Source: a virus
Taxonomy: Duplodnaviria > Heunggongvirae > Uroviricota > Caudoviricetes
Length of the DNA: 64,000 bases
IMG/VR virus record: IMGVR_UViG_2974794945_000001
Location: 165,273 to 229,272 of that record
Strand: one strand, 5' to 3'
Below the pieces are notes generated by a model that saw only the letters and a program-made list of their open reading frames with translations, searched no databases and was not told where the DNA came from. Shown here piece by piece: positions 8,724 to 18,556 of the stretch. The number at the start of each line of letters is the position of its first letter. Positions within the stretch are counted from its first letter, which is position 1. Position numbers and translations under genes: made by a program.

Positions 8724-10478
8724 ATGGCTAAGCCAACCACCAAAGCAGCTGTTAAGCCTGCTACCAAGAAACGTTTTGTAGATGCAATGGGCCTGCTGGC
8801 CTCGATGGAATCCGTAGCTATCGCAGAAGACAAGAAAGTCTCTGTTGATGCACCTGTCCAAAAAGATAACAAAGATGACGTCTGCGCTCCTAATCCGAAC
8901 GAAGAAGTAGATGCATCTGCACAGAACACCCCTACCAAAGAACTGAAAGACACTACCCAAGACGGTACTGCTCACACTCAAGATGTTGGTAAAGTAAAAG
9001 TCACCGAAACTACCGACGCAGGTAATGCTGAAGAAGTTGACTCTGTTTCGAACAAAACTCCAGATGCTGTTAAAGCAGGTGAGAAAGACCTGACTACTGG
9101 TGTTGTGTCCCAAGAAGATTCTATTGAAGCTAATGAAGCTGAACACATCGCACCGAAAGAAGCTGACGATGCTGTGATGAACATTGAGCAAGCTGTAGAA
9201 GATCTTGAAGCTACCGGTATTACCGTTGGTTCTGATACCGCACTTCAGAAAGCTGAAGCCGTTGGTAACGACCTGGAAAACATTAACAAGGTTGAAGCAG
9301 CTCTTGAACAATTCCAAACCATGTTGGTCGGCATGCGCAAGCGTGGCAAGAAACCTACTCATGAAGTCGCCCAAGCAATCAAAATTGCACTGGAGTCACA
9401 TGACCGTGTTTTCTTCCGTCCAATCGTTTCCTCGCTGGAAGACTTTGCTCGCCCGGATACCCAACTGGTTGCATCCAAAGGGCTTGAAGCAGCCATCACA
9501 GACAAACTGAAAGATCTGGGTAAAGCTGCTGGTAACGCTGTAGTTAAACTGGTTCACATGCTGATCGATGCTTGGAACCATTTCACTCGCGATACACCTA
9601 AGCTGATCGAAGAACTGACCAAGATCACTAAAGAACTGCAAACCGCTAAACTAGAAGGCGGTGCTAGCCATGACATTAAAGGCGCTGGTCGTCTGATGAT
9701 CAATGGTAACTTCATTGGTGATTCGGTTGAAGTGGCTCGCAATGTTGAGAAGACTTCTCGTGAACTGCTGGTTGAATGGCCACAAGCACTTATCAAACTG
9801 GCAACTACTGTTGAAGGTAAGGGTAAGGAAGTTGTAGCTACTGAAGATGCCAACAACACCGATGCAATTGAAGAAGCTGCACAAACTGCTCTAGAAGCAA
9901 CCTTTGGTCAGTTCAAGCAAGTTGACTCAGGTGAAGCTCCATCGTCTCTGAGCAATTTCCCAATCGTCACTCGTTCGCCAATCCTGCCTGGTAACAAGGC
10001 AATGTTCATTGGTGTCCAAGATGGTACTAATGCTTCGGTCAATATCGCTAGCTCGACATTCATGAAGTTTGACTTTGCCTCTACTGGTGATGTTGATCAA
10101 GCTACTGAATCTGTCCAGGTTCCATCTGCTGAACGTGCCATTGCTACTATCAATGCTGTTAAAGAAATTGTCGGTAACCTGATTGGTAAAGACACTTCGA
10201 TGGCTGCACTGAAAAGTCTGGGTAAAACTCTGACTAGTGATGCCGGTACTAAGCAAGGTGATGTAGTGCGTGGTGCTATTCAAGCTGCACTGATGCAACA
10301 CCGCATGTACATGGGTTATCTGACTTCGCTGGTTAAAGCTTACATTGGCTTCTACCGTCAACTGCTAGACAAAGTTAGCACTGGTACAGAGGTAGCAACT
10401 AAGACCGATGGTAAAGTTGGTGCTACCGATGGCAAGTCGAAAGACCACGAAGAAGAATCTGTAGTTTCTACCCAGTAA
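8724..10478 (+). CDS. Internal head (inner-body) protein, phiKZ gp93/gp162 family-like
   Basis: Long acidic propeptide with ASME, ALE, SLE and GLE sites followed by a helical domain; synteny. Confidence 0.7.
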   Translation: MAKPTTKAAVKPATKKRFVDAMGLLASMESVAIAEDKKVSVDAPVQKDNKDDVCAPNPNEEVDASAQNTPTKELKDTTQDGTAHTQDVGKVKVTETTDAGNAEEVDSVSNKTPDAVKAGEKDLTTGVVSQEDSIEANEAEHIAPKEADDAVMNIEQAVEDLEATGITVGSDTALQKAEAVGNDLENINKVEAALEQFQTMLVGMRKRGKKPTHEVAQAIKIALESHDRVFFRPIVSSLEDFARPDTQLVASKGLEAAITDKLKDLGKAAGNAVVKLVHMLIDAWNHFTRDTPKLIEELTKITKELQTAKLEGGASHDIKGAGRLMINGNFIGDSVEVARNVEKTSRELLVEWPQALIKLATTVEGKGKEVVATEDANNTDAIEEAAQTALEATFGQFKQVDSGEAPSSLSNFPIVTRSPILPGNKAMFIGVQDGTNASVNIASSTFMKFDFASTGDVDQATESVQVPSAERAIATINAVKEIVGNLIGKDTSMAALKSLGKTLTSDAGTKQGDVVRGAIQAALMQHRMYMGYLTSLVKAYIGFYRQLLDKVSTGTEVATKTDGKVGATDGKSKDHEEESVVSTQ

Positions 10479-10487
10479 GGTATTCCC

Positions 10488-11651
10488 ATGACCGAGATCA
10501 CTTTAATGCAGGTTGACGCTGACCTGGCCCGACTGAACCAGTACAATCTGGCTCTAGAAGGTTTTCAGCGTGTGATGGAAGGTCGTGAAGTTATTACTGG
10601 TCCAACAGCGATGGCAATGCGCATCGCTTTGGAAGATGCTGAGGTTGACCAATCGGTTGACCAAGGCATTACAGGTAAAGACCTCGTGGCTGGCTTTAAG
10701 AAGGTAGCTATTACTGTTCGAAACATTATCCAATGGTTGTTGCGTACAATCGGTAAACTGGTTGAGACTATTGGTTTAGCTATGCAGAAACTAGGCGATG
10801 TTGGACGTAAACAAAAAGTAGCTCTCAAAGCAGTTCCTGAACAAGTTAAGACTGAGCTTCCTAAAGCAAAAGTAGAACCTTCTTCGTTTGATCCTAGTTT
10901 CCTAAGTATTGCTGGTGAGTTTGCTGGCCATGATGTTGAGCAGTTAAACAACATGCTTAAGATGGTTCAGTTTGCTAGCAATGATTATCCGGTTCAGTTT
11001 GACCACGTCTTAGCTGACTTGGAACAATTAGCTCGAACAGCAATTAGTTCTAAAGCGGATAGCACTGATGCATTCTTTAATGGGCTAGGACAGTCCTTGC
11101 AAAAGAACATCAAGATTCCACAGATGAAATACAGTAACACCAATCACATGCCACATATGTCATCCAATTCAGTAAGTACAGTTAATACTGTTCCTTTGCT
11201 GGGTGATCAAGGCTTGACTATGTTGGACCCGCAAGACGCCGTAGCGGTATTGTCTAAGAGCAATCCAATCAGTGCATTGCAAGGCTATCTGTTGATTAAG
11301 TTTGGTGAATACGATACATCTGTAGAAGGGGAAGTTGAAGTTAAATCTCCTGACTATCCAACCTTAGTTAAGCTGAATGAAATTTGTATTCAAGCAGCTG
11401 AAACTTGGAACGAAGCTGATAAATCAAACTTGTCTAAAATCTCTTCGCGTGTTGAAAAGATTAAAGGTCTGTTAGATGACATGGCTAAGGGTGAGCAATC
11501 CCCGGCACTTAACACTATTGCTTCGGCAATGGGTGTGGTTCTACAACGAATGACTGATCCATTGATGAACATTCAGAAATGGGTATCACGTACATTGAAA
11601 GCAGAACTGTCGTACATTCAACAGTGTGTTGATGCAGCGGAACAAGAATAA
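10488..11651 (+). CDS. Internal head protein paralog (gp163-like)
   Basis: LALE and IALE motifs and a helical core similar to the upstream paralog. Confidence 0.65.
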   Translation: MTEITLMQVDADLARLNQYNLALEGFQRVMEGREVITGPTAMAMRIALEDAEVDQSVDQGITGKDLVAGFKKVAITVRNIIQWLLRTIGKLVETIGLAMQKLGDVGRKQKVALKAVPEQVKTELPKAKVEPSSFDPSFLSIAGEFAGHDVEQLNNMLKMVQFASNDYPVQFDHVLADLEQLARTAISSKADSTDAFFNGLGQSLQKNIKIPQMKYSNTNHMPHMSSNSVSTVNTVPLLGDQGLTMLDPQDAVAVLSKSNPISALQGYLLIKFGEYDTSVEGEVEVKSPDYPTLVKLNEICIQAAETWNEADKSNLSKISSRVEKIKGLLDDMAKGEQSPALNTIASAMGVVLQRMTDPLMNIQKWVSRTLKAELSYIQQCVDAAEQE

Positions 11652-11654
11652 CAG

Positions 11655-11685
11655 CATATTGGCTTCCCCTAGGGGAAGCCTTATG
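11655..11685. terminator. CATA-hairpin-TATG element, bidirectional
   Basis: GGCTTCCCCTAGGGGAAGCCTTATG, identical to 41470-41494. Confidence 0.75.
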
Positions 11686-11690
11686 TCGTC

Positions 11691-11954
11691 TTATGCTGAA
11701 CACGTGTGTTTAGGATCACCAGAGGCTGTGTCGTTACACGAGGCACGCATTCCAGCTAACACCACGGCAATGCCATTGATTGTAAATAACACGCTACCTT
11801 GGACCATCACAGGGCCTGCGTGAGCGCCACTACCGTGCCCGGTTACACTTGCACCCACCGTAGCAATAGGTGCGCCATTAATTGTTGCGATTCTCTGGGT
11901 AGGTTGAATTACACCACCTGCCGAATCAATACCTGCTCTAGAAATACCTGGCAT
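11691..11954 (-). CDS. PAAR-repeat tail-spike tip protein
   Basis: TINGAPIATVG and TINGIAVVLAG repeats with His/Cys ligands, next to the spike gene. Confidence 0.85.
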   Translation of the reverse strand: MPGISRAGIDSAGGVIQPTQRIATINGAPIATVGASVTGHGSGAHAGPVMVQGSVLFTINGIAVVLAGMRASCNDTASGDPKHTCSA

Positions 11955-11957
11955 ACC

Positions 11958-12827
11958 TTACCCCACAATTGCAAAACCACCTGGTGCATTCATTTGTATC
12001 TTACCACCCCCAATAACCACATCAGGAGCCGTTACCTTGACCGTAGATGAATTACTGACCACATTGGTAGTCTTAGTATCAACTGTGTCTGGAGTGAGCT
12101 TATAGCGCGTCCCACCTACAATCATTTCAATGGACTCGTTTGCAGACATCTCGATCTTTTGACGTTCCAGTTTTAAATAAGTCCCGTCTGGGTTTTTGAG
12201 TTGTAACCGATTGTCACGAGATACAATTTCAAATTCATTACCAATGTCGTCAGTGATTGTAAATTCACCTTCACCTGTATTGAATTGCATTGTCCAAGCG
12301 TAAGGTTCACCATTTGCTTTAGATGTACCGATAGTGAAGTGTTTATCATGAGCGGAGATAGCTAAGTAATAACAAGTATTGAAGTCAATACCCCCACCAC
12401 CTGGATTAGGGGAAGCGTTCCAAGTGTAGACAACTGATTCTAATGAACGCAGGCCGTTCTTCATGGCCATAGAGCGCCAGTAGTACTTGTCCGAATCACC
12501 TAGTCGCCATACTTCAATCAATTCGTTACGCATGATGTCAGGAGGTGTTGCACGGTTATCTTCACCTGGATACCATTCACATGGAACCGAGCGTTCAGCT
12601 GTGGTTTTAACTTGATGGGTTGCTCCTGAAGTATCTTGCCACTCACGGGTAACTTCTTGCGGGTTGAATTTAATTTCCCCGTCAGTAGCCATTGCTTTCT
12701 CGTTCATAAGAACGTTCAGCATTGTTGATTCACGAGGCTTGTTTTCTTTTGCTGTACCTAATGAAACAAAACGGAACTTAGATCCGGCTTGTCCACTGAT
12801 AGGTTTGTCTGCAGCTTGTTGTTCCAT
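11958..12827 (-). CDS. Central tail spike / cell-puncturing protein (gp164-like)
   Basis: OB-fold-like N-terminus and beta-helix-like C-terminal repeats (TVDTKTTNVVSNSSTVKVTA), upstream of PAAR. Confidence 0.75.
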   Translation of the reverse strand: MEQQAADKPISGQAGSKFRFVSLGTAKENKPRESTMLNVLMNEKAMATDGEIKFNPQEVTREWQDTSGATHQVKTTAERSVPCEWYPGEDNRATPPDIMRNELIEVWRLGDSDKYYWRSMAMKNGLRSLESVVYTWNASPNPGGGGIDFNTCYYLAISAHDKHFTIGTSKANGEPYAWTMQFNTGEGEFTITDDIGNEFEIVSRDNRLQLKNPDGTYLKLERQKIEMSANESIEMIVGGTRYKLTPDTVDTKTTNVVSNSSTVKVTAPDVVIGGGKIQMNAPGGFAIVG

Positions 12828-12909
12828 TTTGATGTCCTTGAAGATTATACTTGGGTGCCAGATCTAATGTAGACAACGGCGCTAAGAATAAGGAAGGGGG
12901 CTTTTTACT

Positions 12910-15408
12910 GTGTATTTACAGTACGTACAATTAGTTAAGTACAAACGATTGATGTTATCGAACATCCAAAGTTTAGAATGGACACCAACAAAAAACCTGA
13001 TGGTGATCATTGGATCGAACGGTAGCGGCAAATCGTCATTGCTTGACGAATTAAGTCCATTACCTTCTCACCGTTCACAATTTGAAAAGAATGGATCTAA
13101 GACAGTACATTGCATGCACAAAGGATCACGCTATGTATTGCATTCTGACTATGAAAAAGATTCAGGTACTGGTCACCACACATTCATTAAGGATAATGTT
13201 AAACTAAACGACAACGGTACGTATCAGATTCAACTAGATTTGTGTAAGCAAGAGTTTGGCTTGCAACAAGACGTCCATGAGCTAATGACGGGACGCATTA
13301 AGTTTTCCCAACTACCCGTTAACAAACGTCGTGAATGGTTGACACGTGCATCTCCAGTAGACCTAGGCTATGCTTTCAATTTGCTGAGTCGTGTATCCGA
13401 TGAGGCACGAGCACAAAAGAACGTTATTGATCACATGACAAAACGTTTGGCTAACGAAAACGTTGATATGTTGGATGATTCTGAAATCACCCGACTTCGT
13501 CAAGAACGTCAACGTTTGACTGATCGCGTTAACACGTTGTTCCTGCATCGTAACCCTTCTACTAAACAAGGGTTTACACATAACACTGCCGCTAAAGAGA
13601 AATTGGACAACATTCTTCATACTGCTAAACATTTACTGCATCAATATCCTCGGTTGAGTGATTCGTTTCGAGTAGAAGATCGAGGTGAGTACAACCAAGT
13701 AGTAAACCAACGTCTGGCCAATGTTCAAGCTGCACAAGCGGTAATTGATCGTTTGATGGAAGAACTAGAAACAGTTCGTGCAACAACACCATCACAGATT
13801 GAAAAGATTTCTCCAGAAGAGATCCAAGAACTAAAAGAACGTTTGGCTTACCACCTTAACATTGCTGCTGAAAAGAATGCAATTGTGCAAGCTTACAAAG
13901 ATCCAATTCCCCTTTGTCGCATGGGTGTGTTTGGTGACATGCAAGCTAAGTTGGAAGATGCTTTTGATCGGGCTTATACAACGGTCATGACTATCCCTAA
14001 CAATGAAGACGGTAATTTGTCTACAGCTATTGCTCAAGGCAAAAAAGAAAAGTTAGCGGAATGCAAAACTAAACTCCGTAGCATTGAAGAATACATTTCT
14101 GAAACCTTGCGCCGTATTGCTACTTTGAAAGGGTGTGATCATGTTCAGTGCCCAAACTGCCAGCATACTTTTGCACCGGGTGTAGATCCAAAAGATCTAC
14201 CTATTCTGGAAGAACGTTTGAATAAAGCTTCGCAAGCAGAAACTCATTTTAAAACTGAGATTAAAGCTATTGAAGAATACCTAGAAAAGTTTATGGACTA
14301 CGCTGGGTTTGTTCAACAGTTCCAACAGATCACTCGTGACCATAAAGATTTTGCTTCTGTATGGGAATGGATGACCGCAGATGGACGGTTGTTTCGTTTG
14401 CCTAAAATGATAGCTACCGATGTAGTTCGTTGGCACGATGCACAACAAGCAATGATTGAAGCAGCTATCCAATTGGAAAATGCTAAGAACATCGAAACCC
14501 GTTTAAAAGTTATTGAAGCTATTGACTTTGATGCTGCTGGGTACATGCTTAAGCGTGCAACAGATCTGGAAACGGAAATCAATAACAAGTTGTTGTCTCA
14601 ACAATCAACGCGTAATGAAATTGAATCGTATGTTCACTCAGGTAATGACGTAGATGCATTCATTACTAAAGTTAACACCTGTTTGACTGAGTACGCTGAT
14701 TGGCATAAGCGAGCAGTGCAACACGCCGAGTGGCTGTTAGACCAAGCGTTTAGTGAAGAGATCGATGCAACCCACCAACAACTGGCAGTAACGGGTAATC
14801 GGTTACGTGAAGCTGAACGACGCGATACCGAGATACGTTTGTTGGAAGATACTGTAGCGGATGCAGCTGACGCACATACTGATCTACAGTTGTTAGCTAA
14901 AGCACTATCACCTAAAGGTGGATTGATTGGTCAGTACATGTTGGGTTTCTTGCAAGGGGTAACCAAACTGGTTAACTCTGTTATTGATGAAGTCTGGACT
15001 TATCCAATGGTTGTCTTGCCATCTAAGATTGATAAAGAAGATCTGGATTACAAGTTTCCATTGAACGTTGGTAATGGTGCAGTAGAACCAGCTGATATTG
15101 ATCTGGGTTCTGATTCACAAAAAGAAATCGTTAACTTTGCATTCAGTGTAGCTTTGTTAAAGTTCATGGGCTTTGATGATTTCCCATTAATGCTTGACGA
15201 ATTTGGTCGTACGTTTGATGAACAACACCGTACTAACTTGGTACCGTTCATTGGTCGGTTGATCGAGCTAGGTCAGTTTCAACAGATCTTTTATATCAGC
15301 CACTACACGTCTACGCATGGTGCATTTAACCAAGCTGAGTTTGTGGTGCTTGATCCAACCAACGTAACGGTTCCGGAGTTCTTCAATAAAAACATGGTCA
15401 TGACTTAA
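12910..15408 (+). CDS. sbcC: SbcC/Rad50-like SMC ATPase
   Basis: GSNGSGKSS Walker A, coiled coils, CPNC zinc hook, LMLDEFG Walker B, ISH H-loop. Confidence 0.9.
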   Translation: MYLQYVQLVKYKRLMLSNIQSLEWTPTKNLMVIIGSNGSGKSSLLDELSPLPSHRSQFEKNGSKTVHCMHKGSRYVLHSDYEKDSGTGHHTFIKDNVKLNDNGTYQIQLDLCKQEFGLQQDVHELMTGRIKFSQLPVNKRREWLTRASPVDLGYAFNLLSRVSDEARAQKNVIDHMTKRLANENVDMLDDSEITRLRQERQRLTDRVNTLFLHRNPSTKQGFTHNTAAKEKLDNILHTAKHLLHQYPRLSDSFRVEDRGEYNQVVNQRLANVQAAQAVIDRLMEELETVRATTPSQIEKISPEEIQELKERLAYHLNIAAEKNAIVQAYKDPIPLCRMGVFGDMQAKLEDAFDRAYTTVMTIPNNEDGNLSTAIAQGKKEKLAECKTKLRSIEEYISETLRRIATLKGCDHVQCPNCQHTFAPGVDPKDLPILEERLNKASQAETHFKTEIKAIEEYLEKFMDYAGFVQQFQQITRDHKDFASVWEWMTADGRLFRLPKMIATDVVRWHDAQQAMIEAAIQLENAKNIETRLKVIEAIDFDAAGYMLKRATDLETEINNKLLSQQSTRNEIESYVHSGNDVDAFITKVNTCLTEYADWHKRAVQHAEWLLDQAFSEEIDATHQQLAVTGNRLREAERRDTEIRLLEDTVADAADAHTDLQLLAKALSPKGGLIGQYMLGFLQGVTKLVNSVIDEVWTYPMVVLPSKIDKEDLDYKFPLNVGNGAVEPADIDLGSDSQKEIVNFAFSVALLKFMGFDDFPLMLDEFGRTFDEQHRTNLVPFIGRLIELGQFQQIFYISHYTSTHGAFNQAEFVVLDPTNVTVPEFFNKNMVMT

Positions 15409-15479
15409 TGTTTACGTTATTGGTAGTCAGTGTCATTGGTATTGCAGCTTATCGAAAGCTGCAGTCACTGATGTCTTAA
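15408..15479 (+). CDS. 23-aa single-TM microprotein
   Basis: TAATG overlap with the sbcC stop; MFTLLVVSVIGIAAYRKLQSLMS. Confidence 0.45.
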   Translation: MFTLLVVSVIGIAAYRKLQSLMS

Positions 15480-15497
15480 TGCAGGAAATCTCAGATC

Positions 15498-15505
15498 TAT
15501 ATTAC
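15498..15505 (+). promoter_or_regulatory. Early promoter core TATATTAC (TCTCAGATC class)
   Basis: Matches the known phiKZ early promoter motif; upstream of a small-gene cluster. Confidence 0.75.
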
Positions 15506-15557
15506 TATTGTGATAATAGATCTGAGATTCACCACTTTTGCGGTTTGGGGAATACAC

Positions 15558-16064
15558 ATGTCCACCGTTTACTCACTTGAAGTATTTGCTAAAAGATACG
15601 AGCTGACAATTGCACAGCTGTTTGACCGGAGCTGGATGTTATACGACATCTATTCAATGCCAATCAATTACCGTGGGCGGCCTATTACTTTTATCAATGA
15701 AGGAACACAGATTCCAAGTTGCTTTGAAGTAAGCGTTCATCGTAATGGTACCACCAAACGTTTTCCATTCTTGACTACACTCTCTGAACTGACAGTAAGT
15801 CAAGATGAATTAGATGTTTGGTTTCGTAAAGTAAGACCCAACTATTACGCCCATTTGCTATGTTCTTATGATCATGGCTTGTTGGCTTCTATTCTGGCGC
15901 ATCAGAAAGATGCTAATTCATTGTTGTGTTGGCATATCACTAACCGACTCAACATGATCCAGGATGGTGCTGTACCAGAACCTATCCCATCGGATACTGG
16001 TTTCATTCGTTCGTGTTACGACTACGTAATGTCCACATCAGTGGCTAAGAAAATCTTTAGTTGA
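15558..16064 (+). CDS. Hypothetical early protein
   Basis: ATG after GGGGA, downstream of an early promoter. Confidence 0.6.
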   Translation: MSTVYSLEVFAKRYELTIAQLFDRSWMLYDIYSMPINYRGRPITFINEGTQIPSCFEVSVHRNGTTKRFPFLTTLSELTVSQDELDVWFRKVRPNYYAHLLCSYDHGLLASILAHQKDANSLLCWHITNRLNMIQDGAVPEPIPSDTGFIRSCYDYVMSTSVAKKIFS

Positions 16065-16072
16065 AGGCTTCC

Positions 16073-16474
16073 ATGACCCGTAATTATTTTGAAGAGATTC
16101 TTCCTGAGTTTCGTACACCACGTACTCACGCTGCCATTCATGCAGTAGACGGCAAAAAAGTAAATGTGTCAATGTGGATCTGTACACTTGAAAATTCGCT
16201 GGATAAATCAACTTGGTTTTTTGCCGTAAAAGTTGATCATCTTGAAGAAGACAGTGTTACTAAATCAGAAGTACACTTTTTCATTGATGAGCGAGATGCA
16301 TGGATCTATCGTGCAGATCGACTGGGTAGTAAAGACGTTTTCTTTACTAGCTATGAAGGTACCATCCAAGGTAACAAACTAGTGATGGAAGGAATTATGG
16401 AGAAAGCCAATTTCTCCGAACGCACATTGTGGGATGGTTACACCCTACAAGAAATCCGTAATCTAAAGGCGTAA
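16073..16474 (+). CDS. Hypothetical protein
   Basis: ORF tightly packed after the previous gene. Confidence 0.6.
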   Translation: MTRNYFEEILPEFRTPRTHAAIHAVDGKKVNVSMWICTLENSLDKSTWFFAVKVDHLEEDSVTKSEVHFFIDERDAWIYRADRLGSKDVFFTSYEGTIQGNKLVMEGIMEKANFSERTLWDGYTLQEIRNLKA

Positions 16475-16480
16475 TGCTTA

Positions 16481-16696
16481 ATGTCGATGGCATCACAAAA
16501 CCTAAAACTTATTGCAGAACAAGCTCGTTCGGCATCGGCAGATAAACTTGCTCTGTTATGTATTACCGCTGAAAGTGCTATTCAAACAAGTCCCAAGATA
16601 GCTGAAAGAATTAGTTCTTTTGAATTGTCTTGGCAAAAACTTGAAGGTGTATTACTTCCTTGCGTAAAAATGACATTTGCTAATGAACCCGAATAA
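16481..16696 (+). CDS. Hypothetical protein
   Basis: 71-aa ORF in the operon. Confidence 0.4.
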   Translation: MSMASQNLKLIAEQARSASADKLALLCITAESAIQTSPKIAERISSFELSWQKLEGVLLPCVKMTFANEPE

Positions 16697-16720
16697 GTTT
16701 ATTTAAAACATTTAAAAGGC

Positions 16721-16728
16721 TATATTAC
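16721..16728 (+). promoter_or_regulatory. Early promoter core TATATTAC (TTTAAAA class)
   Basis: A 32-bp stretch here is near-identical to the one around 21317. Confidence 0.75.
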
Positions 16729-16763
16729 AATCGTGTACATAGCCCAATGAAAGGACCGGCACT

Positions 16764-16988
16764 GTGCTTGAATTCTACAACTCGCTTGACTGGGTATTCC
16801 AAACCACGATCATTTTGTTCTTGGTTTATCTACTGTGCAAATGGTTCGGTGGTGTAGTCACTGCCTTGCTTGTATTGATTCACCCGGTACATGTAATCAT
16901 CTTTGGTGTACTGATCGTACTTATCAATATCGCTACTAGCGTATTTTGCGTATGGTCGGTATTTAAACTGCTGTTCATTCTTCTATAA
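16764..16988 (+). CDS. Small multi-pass membrane protein
   Basis: GTG after AAGGA; the sequence is almost entirely hydrophobic. Confidence 0.6.
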   Translation: MLEFYNSLDWVFQTTIILFLVYLLCKWFGGVVTALLVLIHPVHVIIFGVLIVLINIATSVFCVWSVFKLLFILL

Positions 16989-17002
16989 AGGATTTCTTGA
17001 TC

Positions 17003-17170
17003 ATGACGACTTTCAAAATTGGTAAGGTTTCTGTTAACACTAAAACAGGCAAAATCAATATTGATCGTCGTACGATCAAAAAGACCGATCCGAAATGGCA
17101 CCATGTTGCTTACGTAGCAATTGGTGTGGTTGCAACTCTGATTGCTGCCGACTACATTCGTAACAAATAA
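17003..17170 (+). CDS. 55-aa protein with C-terminal TM anchor
   Basis: AAGGA SD; MTTFKIGK...VAYVAIGVVATLIAADYIRNK. Below the ORF-track length cutoff. Confidence 0.6.
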   Translation: MTTFKIGKVSVNTKTGKINIDRRTIKKTDPKWHHVAYVAIGVVATLIAADYIRNK

Positions 17171-17196
17171 CCCAATGTTGTAAATAGGAGCTACAA

Positions 17197-17364
17197 ATGA
17201 AATTGTCTACCGCTATCACTCTGATCGGCGTAAGTGCACTCGGCTACGTGGCATACCGCTACTTGTCGGATACGTCTGTCACCATTGAAGGCGAGCTGGT
17301 TCAAAAAGAAGACCAACTGTTGCTGCCAGCACCAGAGCAAAAGGGTGATGCTCCGCAAGAGTGA
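17197..17364 (+). CDS. 55-aa protein with N-terminal signal anchor
   Basis: AGGAG SD; MKLSTAITLIGVSALGYVAYRY plus an acidic tail; terminator follows. Confidence 0.65.
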   Translation: MKLSTAITLIGVSALGYVAYRYLSDTSVTIEGELVQKEDQLLLPAPEQKGDAPQE

Positions 17365-17370
17365 CATACC

Positions 17371-17393
17371 GCCCCCTCCAATTAGGAGGGGGC
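17371..17393. terminator. Bidirectional stem-loop terminator
   Basis: GCCCCCTCC-AATTA-GGAGGGGGC between convergent genes, followed by a T-tract. Confidence 0.75.
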
Positions 17394-17409
17394 AGGTTGC
17401 TTTTTCTTT

Positions 17410-17868
17410 TTATGCTGCGTCAGGGTCTTGCAGGTCACGAATAGCTTTCATACGTTCTTGGAATTGGTCAGCTGTTTCATTAACCAAACCAATGTGATCC
17501 TCACCATCCGCATGTTCAAAGTTACCTAGGTCTTCTAGTTTAACATCTGGTGCACGGCCTGCTGGAATAGTGTGAACTTCTTCAGCAGTACGTTCAAACG
17601 GGTTCTTGTTCTTGGCCAGACGAATCATCTCGGCCATAGCACCCAACAGATCGTTGTTAGACTTATTGCCTTCTTGTTCAATCTGGTTACGCTTAGCAGC
17701 AATTGCCGTTTGCGTGTGGTCTTTAGTAGCCTTGAGGATAATGTCAAAATCATCTTTATCGCATTGTGCCAATCCTTCTGCCATCTTCTGGATAACAATG
17801 GATTCACGGATTTCCTGGCCCCAAGCCAGCTGTTCGTCATAGGTCATGGTTTGAGCTGCGTGACTCAT
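17410..17868 (-). CDS. Conserved hypothetical helical protein
   Basis: 152-aa ORF with AAGGA SD. Confidence 0.65.
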   Translation of the reverse strand: MSHAAQTMTYDEQLAWGQEIRESIVIQKMAEGLAQCDKDDFDIILKATKDHTQTAIAAKRNQIEQEGNKSNNDLLGAMAEMIRLAKNKNPFERTAEEVHTIPAGRAPDVKLEDLGNFEHADGEDHIGLVNETADQFQERMKAIRDLQDPDAA

Positions 17869-17950
17869 GGGATGTTCCTTATTCTTTACGAGTAAATGAA
17901 TACTCGACAGGTTAACAATATACCGTAATCGGCATTCTGGAGTTCATAAG

Positions 17951-18502
17951 ATGTTCTCGAAGATCATCAACAAAATCAGGGCTTGGAGACTTTCCTCTAA
18001 GTTGGAACACTATGCGGAGATCCTCGAAGACATCGACGGGGCAAACTGCAAACCCGAAGAGTACCCCGTAAAACTCAAAGAATTCTGGCGGTTGTTTGAT
18101 ATGTCACTACTGGACGGCTTAGCCATTCGTGATGTGATGGGTCATGTTGGACAACTGCGACATCGTACATTTGCAGAGTTACACCGATTGTTATTGGATG
18201 CAAATGACGCTATCGCAAACGAGCAGGATTCACGGATTGATTATGTTTTGCGTACAGGTCTGCAACATCAAAAAGAAGTAGATCTAGACAATTACTTTTT
18301 CGATCCAGTGCATGGACATTTGGACATCAGGGAATGTCTGGAACAATTGCGACAACTGCTACAAGCACACTGTGGTATCCTAGATAACATCGAAGGTACC
18401 TACGGGCAACGAAAGATGCTACATGCTTACTTTGATATCTATACGTTGTCTGACATGATCATTGACGTCCTTCACGACAAGGGAGAAATCGTATTCCAAT
18501 AG
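17951..18502 (+). CDS. Hypothetical protein
   Basis: 183-aa ORF with GGAG SD. Confidence 0.65.
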   Translation: MFSKIINKIRAWRLSSKLEHYAEILEDIDGANCKPEEYPVKLKEFWRLFDMSLLDGLAIRDVMGHVGQLRHRTFAELHRLLLDANDAIANEQDSRIDYVLRTGLQHQKEVDLDNYFFDPVHGHLDIRECLEQLRQLLQAHCGILDNIEGTYGQRKMLHAYFDIYTLSDMIIDVLHDKGEIVFQ

Positions 18503-18556
18503 ACAGGTTTTAGTAATACCAAACCCTCTTAACATCCACCGTAGGTGACAAGCAAC

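Noticed and set aside
8691-10361. Long minus-strand ORFs opposite the head genes (and similar ones opposite RNAP and the tail protein)
   Set aside because: Stop-poor antisense frames caused by codon bias; no RBS or motifs.
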